DNA of 64,000 bases from an uncultured virus (IMG/VR IMGVR_UViG_3300028888_003544). Taxonomy: Duplodnaviria > Heunggongvirae > Uroviricota > Caudoviricetes. The notes beneath the pieces are model-generated. The model worked only from the letters and a program-made list of their open reading frames with translations. It was not told where the DNA came from and searched no databases. Where the stretch lies: IMG/VR virus record IMGVR_UViG_3300028888_003544; one strand, written 5' to 3'. The position numbers and the translations under genes are program-made. This document shows positions 59,176 through 64,000 of the stretch, one piece after another; within the stretch, counting starts at the first letter, position 1; each line of letters starts with the position of its first letter.

Positions 59176-59267
59176 AGTTGTTTTTCTGCAAAAAAACAAA
59201 AAGAAATGGCAAAAACATTGCACAGTCTCAGATAATTTTGCTATATTTGCACAAAAATCTATGAGTT

Positions 59268-60170
59268 ATGGCAAAAAATCTATTGGCACGCTACATTTGG
59301 GAGGTATCCACCATTTACAGAGCAAGGCGAATAACGCTGAAAGAAATCAATGAGAAATGGCGCGATTCACCCTATTATGACGGCAAGGATATCCCAAGAC
59401 GTACATTCGACTATCACCGTAAGGAGGTAGAGATGATCTTCGACTTGAACATAGTTTGTGATAAGCACGATAACACTTATCATATTGAAGATGATGATGG
59501 TTATAGAAATGGGGAAGTCCGCCGTTGGCTTATTAACAGCTTTGCCATGACAAGTGTTATTCGCGAAGGCAGAGAATTAGAAGACCGCATATCACTAGAA
59601 CAGATTCCTTCTGCTGAGCCGTTTCTATCAATTGTAATCCAGGCTATGCGTGAAAACAAAATACTCGATTTGCACTATCAAAGTTATGAGCGAGACATAC
59701 CCACTATCCATCTGCTACACCCTTATGCTGTGAAACTGTTCAAGCAACGATGGTACGTTATAGGTTTGAGTGAAAAGAAAGATCGTATTTTGATATTTGC
59801 AATGGATCGCATCCAGGAATTAATAATTACTGATCAGAAGTTCCGCTATCCTAAAGAATTCAGCATTCATGACTATTATCGCGATTCATTTGGTATTATT
59901 ATAGATGATATTATAGTAGCACAGCGTATTCGTCTGAAAGTTATGAACAACCAGGCATATTATTTTCGTTCATTACCACTTCACTCCTCGCAAAAAGAAA
60001 TTGAAACTCTTTCTGAGTATTCTATTTTTGAATATTGGCTAAAACCTACTTATGATTTTGAGCAGGAGATACTTTCCCATCGCGAAGATGTAGAGGTCTT
60101 GGAGCCTGCCCAACTAAGAGAGACTATTAAAGAGAGCATCTTGAAAATGGCGAAAATATATTCTCTCTAG
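59268..60170 (+). CDS. WYL-domain regulator
   Basis: RRTFDYHR, PYAVKLFKQRWY, MDRI, YFRSLPLHSSQ. Confidence 0.9.
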   Translation: MAKNLLARYIWEVSTIYRARRITLKEINEKWRDSPYYDGKDIPRRTFDYHRKEVEMIFDLNIVCDKHDNTYHIEDDDGYRNGEVRRWLINSFAMTSVIREGRELEDRISLEQIPSAEPFLSIVIQAMRENKILDLHYQSYERDIPTIHLLHPYAVKLFKQRWYVIGLSEKKDRILIFAMDRIQELIITDQKFRYPKEFSIHDYYRDSFGIIIDDIIVAQRIRLKVMNNQAYYFRSLPLHSSQKEIETLSEYSIFEYWLKPTYDFEQEILSHREDVEVLEPAQLRETIKESILKMAKIYSL

Positions 60171-60282
60171 AAATTGTGTTATTTTTGGTTAACACCATTA
60201 TATTTGTGTTAAAGATACCTAATTTCTGTGATATAAAGTATAGTAAACTACGCATTATATATATTACATAATTAAAAATATA

Positions 60283-60807
60283 ATGATAGAAAAAGAAATA
60301 AGCGAAAACTATTACTTTATACCTGCCGATTATAATGAAAGAGGTAGGCGAAAGACTGATGATATGACATTTCGTGATGTCATAAAGGAGTTTGAGCGAG
60401 ACTTCCACAAATGCCATACAACGGAATATGCCCTGAATCTTTATGCTAACTCACAAACGATGAACTTGCTGGCAAGATCTTGTGATGCGGCTCCATTCAT
60501 GACTTATGGCATGGACCTAACACAAGGCAAAGCATTTGATGCAGAAAAAGATCCCTATGCTAATCACCAGATGGAAAAGTACAGCGGAAGTATTTTCGTC
60601 TATGGCATCGACTCGGCGTTTATGACAGAATATGACAAATGTGGTTATCCGATAATTGATGAAGATAGCGACATCTACCCTCTGACTCTGCTCATTGATG
60701 ACACAATGAGGAATGGCACCATTCGGCTGGCTGTTCCTACTCTTGATGATTCTGACGACGAAATGACCCCAATAACTGTTGACACACCAAAATACGCATA
60801 TGCCTAA
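60283..60807 (+). CDS. Hypothetical acidic protein
   Basis: 174-aa ORF heading a chain of overlapping genes. Confidence 0.65.
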   Translation: MIEKEISENYYFIPADYNERGRRKTDDMTFRDVIKEFERDFHKCHTTEYALNLYANSQTMNLLARSCDAAPFMTYGMDLTQGKAFDAEKDPYANHQMEKYSGSIFVYGIDSAFMTEYDKCGYPIIDEDSDIYPLTLLIDDTMRNGTIRLAVPTLDDSDDEMTPITVDTPKYAYA

Positions 60808-61040
60808 TGAGAAGTATTGCCGGTAACAAAGAGTGGTCACTTATTCATAACGACAATGGAGAATGGATAAGCGAGGAACATGTGGTGTTCATCTCCAAGA
60901 CAGATGAAAGAATATTCCAGAAGGAAGCCATGAAACATGGTTATAATCTTTCTGTTCAACATGGGCTAGACGATAGTCTATGGTGTTATAAACATGACTA
61001 TGTTATTATTTCAAAATTATGCAATTATGAACAAAAATGA
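60807..61040 (+). CDS. Hypothetical protein
   Basis: TAATG coupling to the previous gene. Confidence 0.55.
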   Translation: MRSIAGNKEWSLIHNDNGEWISEEHVVFISKTDERIFQKEAMKHGYNLSVQHGLDDSLWCYKHDYVIISKLCNYEQK

Positions 61041-61980
61041 ACTTTTAACATTGATTTGGCAGAAAATAGATAATAAAAACATTAGATTTCCATCTCAAAT
61101 TGAATTCTGCGTAGAAAATGGAACTCTTAACATCGGCATATCTGCTGATGCCACATGCAATAATATGCAGACAGATGGTGCAGCTTTTGAAGGATGGGCA
61201 ATATGCATAAAAAGCCAATTGCCTGAGATTGTCAGCATCGTCCAATTAAGTTGGAAGAAACCAGAAATAAGGAAGGATGGAAATAAAAAGCTTCATTATA
61301 ACCGCTTTTTATATCGTGTATTGAAGTTTTCAGAGTTATATGAATGGTTTTCCATATCAGAAATAAATATCCCTGAGATTGAAGATTTTAAACGAGAGCT
61401 CACGGACTTGCAAAACAATAGTTTTTCTGAGAATCCTAAAATAAAAGGAGTCGATAAAGAAAAATTCAGATTAAGTGAGACGGTTGTTGAATACCTTTTG
61501 GCAAACGATCTTTCTTCTTCTATTAGAAAACGTTTTGATCTTGATTTTATAGACAGGCAATTCCCTGTGGGAGTAAAAAAAGGCGACAAGCCTTTCTTTA
61601 CAGGAGGTATGTCTGCCATTGACTTGTGGGGGACAAAAGGTGACACTCTGACTATTATCGAACTCAAATATAATGGAGGTGATTCAAAAAACATCAAAGT
61701 AGGTATTATTTCCGAGATATTCATGTACTCATGTATTATGAGGGATATAATAAAAGGGCTCATATCGCGACCTTATAAGACTCCAAAGAAACATGAGGAG
61801 ATGCTTTATGACAATCATAAAAAGTATAAGCATATTGTGGCAAGAATGTTATCGGACAAGTATCATCCTTTATTAGAAAATGAAAAGGTATTATCAATAC
61901 TAAATCAGCAAATTATTGCAAAAGGAGATATTAACATTGAGTATAACAAAACAACATATAAGCTGATTGAAATGATATGA
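61027..61980 (+). CDS. Putative PD-(D/E)XK nuclease
   Basis: RQFPVG...SAIDLWG...IIELK...IISEIFMY. Confidence 0.6.
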   Translation: MNKNELLTLIWQKIDNKNIRFPSQIEFCVENGTLNIGISADATCNNMQTDGAAFEGWAICIKSQLPEIVSIVQLSWKKPEIRKDGNKKLHYNRFLYRVLKFSELYEWFSISEINIPEIEDFKRELTDLQNNSFSENPKIKGVDKEKFRLSETVVEYLLANDLSSSIRKRFDLDFIDRQFPVGVKKGDKPFFTGGMSAIDLWGTKGDTLTIIELKYNGGDSKNIKVGIISEIFMYSCIMRDIIKGLISRPYKTPKKHEEMLYDNHKKYKHIVARMLSDKYHPLLENEKVLSILNQQIIAKGDINIEYNKTTYKLIEMI

Positions 61981-63230
61981 ACATCATAATCCATCGCGGA
62001 GCCAATCAAATAGGCGGATGCATCACAGAGATTACCACAGATGGTGCAAAAATCTTCATTGATTTTGGTAGCAATCTTCCTGGTAGCAAGAAAAAAGAAC
62101 TAAACCCAGAGCAGATTGCAGACATGACCTCTGGAGCGGATGCCATATTCTATACACACTACCATGGGGATCATGTAGGACTTCATCATCTGATTCCAGA
62201 GAGTGTAAGGCAATATATGGGGGCTGGAGCCATCAATGTAATGCGATGCAAGTACAAAGCTCTCAATGCGCATCATGATATGAGTGCAGAATTATCAGCT
62301 ACAGAACGTATGATCCCATTCAAAGAGACTGATTGCATAAGCATTAATGACGAGTTATATGTTACGCCTTACTTTGTTAGTCACTCTGCGTTTGACGCTT
62401 ATATGTTTGTTATTGAAGAAAAAGCGACAAAAACAAAGATTTTGCATACTGGTGATTTCCGCAGGCATGGCTATCTTGGCAAAGGGCTTTTTCCTACCCT
62501 TAGAAAGTTCGTGGGGAATGTAGATATTCTCATCACAGAAGGAACTATGTTGGGCAGAAAGCAGGAGAAAGTTGTAAGAGAATCACAAATTTTGCAAAGA
62601 ACTATAGAGGTACTCAATAATCACAAATATGTCTTTGCCCTCTGTTCTTCAACAGACATCGATCGTTTGGCTTCATTTCATGCTGCCTGTAAAGAAACGA
62701 AACAAGTATTCATTGTGGATGAATATCAGGATAGCGTCTTGAAGGTATTTACTGACTATGCAGGGAAGAAAACAAGCCTATTCAATTTTGATTCAACTTT
62801 TAAGCTCATTAACTTCGCGACTGAGAAAGTAAAAAAGAAGCTGATGAAAGAAGGATTTCTTATGCCTGTCCGTCAAAGTAGCAAGAAACTGATTGAGGGT
62901 ATGATGAAGGTCTATGATGATGAACAACCTTGGTTAATCTATTCGATGTGGAGTGGTTATGCGGAGGAGGGCAAAGATTATACCAATCAGGAGATTCTAA
63001 AAATTCGCAAGTTATTTGACGGCCACATTATTGACGGAGTGAGGGACGGAGTCCATACCAGTGGGCATGCAGACATTAGGACTTTGCATGAACTTTGTCA
63101 AACCGTAAATCCTTCAATGGGTGTAATACCAATCCACAAAGATGCTGATGCGAGATATGTTACCAAGGGCTACCGCGTGTTCGAAGAAGGAGATACAAAA
63201 GTTGGAGACATTTCAATCCATATCGAATGA
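61977..63230 (+). CDS. MBL/beta-CASP (RNase J-like) hydrolase
   Basis: THYHGDH, SHS, HTGDFR, HTSGHA, PIH. Confidence 0.85.
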   Translation: MNIIIHRGANQIGGCITEITTDGAKIFIDFGSNLPGSKKKELNPEQIADMTSGADAIFYTHYHGDHVGLHHLIPESVRQYMGAGAINVMRCKYKALNAHHDMSAELSATERMIPFKETDCISINDELYVTPYFVSHSAFDAYMFVIEEKATKTKILHTGDFRRHGYLGKGLFPTLRKFVGNVDILITEGTMLGRKQEKVVRESQILQRTIEVLNNHKYVFALCSSTDIDRLASFHAACKETKQVFIVDEYQDSVLKVFTDYAGKKTSLFNFDSTFKLINFATEKVKKKLMKEGFLMPVRQSSKKLIEGMMKVYDDEQPWLIYSMWSGYAEEGKDYTNQEILKIRKLFDGHIIDGVRDGVHTSGHADIRTLHELCQTVNPSMGVIPIHKDADARYVTKGYRVFEEGDTKVGDISIHIE

Positions 63231-63799
63231 AAATACTTCACCTTTCCGATACTCACGGGTTGCATTACCAGATAAAAGAACTTCCTGCAGCTGATGTCAT
63301 CGTCCATAGCGGTGATATCAGCCATAATGGAACAGAGGAAGAAGTGTTGGATTTTATGAATTGGTTTATAGGGCTTCCCTATCTACACAAAATATTTGTA
63401 ACCGGTAATCATGATTTGTGCCTATGGGAAGCAGAAGGCATAGAAGAGCTGCCTGACAATGTTCATTTTCTACAAGACAAGAGCATTGTAATTAAGGGGA
63501 TAAAATTCTTTGGACTCGGCTATGACCATCAAGAAATGCTGATACCTGACGATGCAGATATCGTTGTGACACATGAGCCACCAATCATGATACTCGACAG
63601 ATCTGCTGGTATTCATTGGGGAAATACTCCTATTCGCAATCGAATCCAAACTATCAAACCTCGCTATCATCTTTTTGGACATGCTCATGAAAGTTATGGT
63701 ACAATTAAGCAAGACAACATAATGTACTCAAATGCCTCCTTATTGGATGATATGAATAGAATGGTCAGAGTCCCAAGATTATTGACTTCTATAATATAG
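63227..63799 (+). CDS. Calcineurin-like metallophosphoesterase
   Basis: SDTHG, SGD, GNHD, THEPP, FGHAHE. Confidence 0.9.
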   Translation: MKILHLSDTHGLHYQIKELPAADVIVHSGDISHNGTEEEVLDFMNWFIGLPYLHKIFVTGNHDLCLWEAEGIEELPDNVHFLQDKSIVIKGIKFFGLGYDHQEMLIPDDADIVVTHEPPIMILDRSAGIHWGNTPIRNRIQTIKPRYHLFGHAHESYGTIKQDNIMYSNASLLDDMNRMVRVPRLLTSII

Positions 63800-63857
63800 C
63801 ATTGTACTCAGCCCTTGATTCTTCATGACCTCAAACCGAACACTAACCTAGTGTCTC

Positions 63858-64000
63858 TTAGTCTTCATTGGCTTCAAAAATCTCGGGTAGGAAACGGATT
63901 TCATCCTCTGGGTCATCGAGATAATCGTCATAGTGATCTTGGAAGTACGATGCTTCGTCAAACTCACGACTAATTCCACGTTCACGTACCGCTTTCATTT
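63858..64000 (-). CDS. C-terminal part of an acidic ORF entering from the right
   Basis: ...MKAVRERGISREFDEASYFQDHYDDYLDDPEDEIRFLPEIFEANED*. Confidence 0.4.
   Translation of the reverse strand, partial: MKAVRERGISREFDEASYFQDHYDDYLDDPEDEIRFLPEIFEANED

Noticed and set aside
60246..60256. ACTACGCA half-site as a fifth rtcB-type operator
   Set aside because: No matching second half-site or promoter box at the conserved spacing
1..64000. CRISPR array, cas genes, rRNA, integrase/att sites, relaxase
   Set aside because: No repeat-spacer array or recognisable motifs seen

Overview
Accessory, mobile-element-like region from a Bacteroidota genome, probably Prevotellaceae (TAnnTTTG -7 promoter boxes, DUF4248, DUF1896, DUF4099, HU-like gene). 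No integrase, relaxase or att site is visible, so the element boundaries lie outside the window or are not recognisable. Blocks in order: (1) 1-14.6 kb, a minus-strand defence island with a DISARM class II-like core (DrmE-like, DrmA, DrmB), no recognisable DNA methyltransferase or DrmC, and a radical-SAM enzyme plus a NERD nuclease-helicase upstream. (2) 15-20 kb, HU-like, DUF4248, primase-like and putative toxin-antitoxin genes. (3) 20.2-26.9 kb, an RNA-repair/tRNA module: RING/TROVE-like/TerD protein, four alternating tRNA-like and Y-RNA-like ncRNAs, rtcB, a WYL regulator, a leader peptide plus terminator before a truncated WYL paralogue, and an 8-tRNA array. One 23-bp operator sits at the same position in all four promoters of this module. 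(4) 27-50 kb, conjugative-element leading-region genes: a long ssDNA-promoter-like hairpin before radC, two domain-permuted M23/glucosaminidase enzymes, a tandem-OB SSB-like protein and a 3236-aa polyvalent MTase-SNF2 protein. (5) An IS110/IS1111-type element with a candidate bridge RNA, upstream of dinB. (6) 54-64 kb, AT-rich WYL-associated cassettes, including a nuclease/beta-CASP/phosphoesterase operon. The best candidates for undescribed biology are the WYL-controlled tRNA repair-and-replacement regulon and the radical-SAM DISARM variant. All family assignments come from motif recognition by eye, not from database searches.
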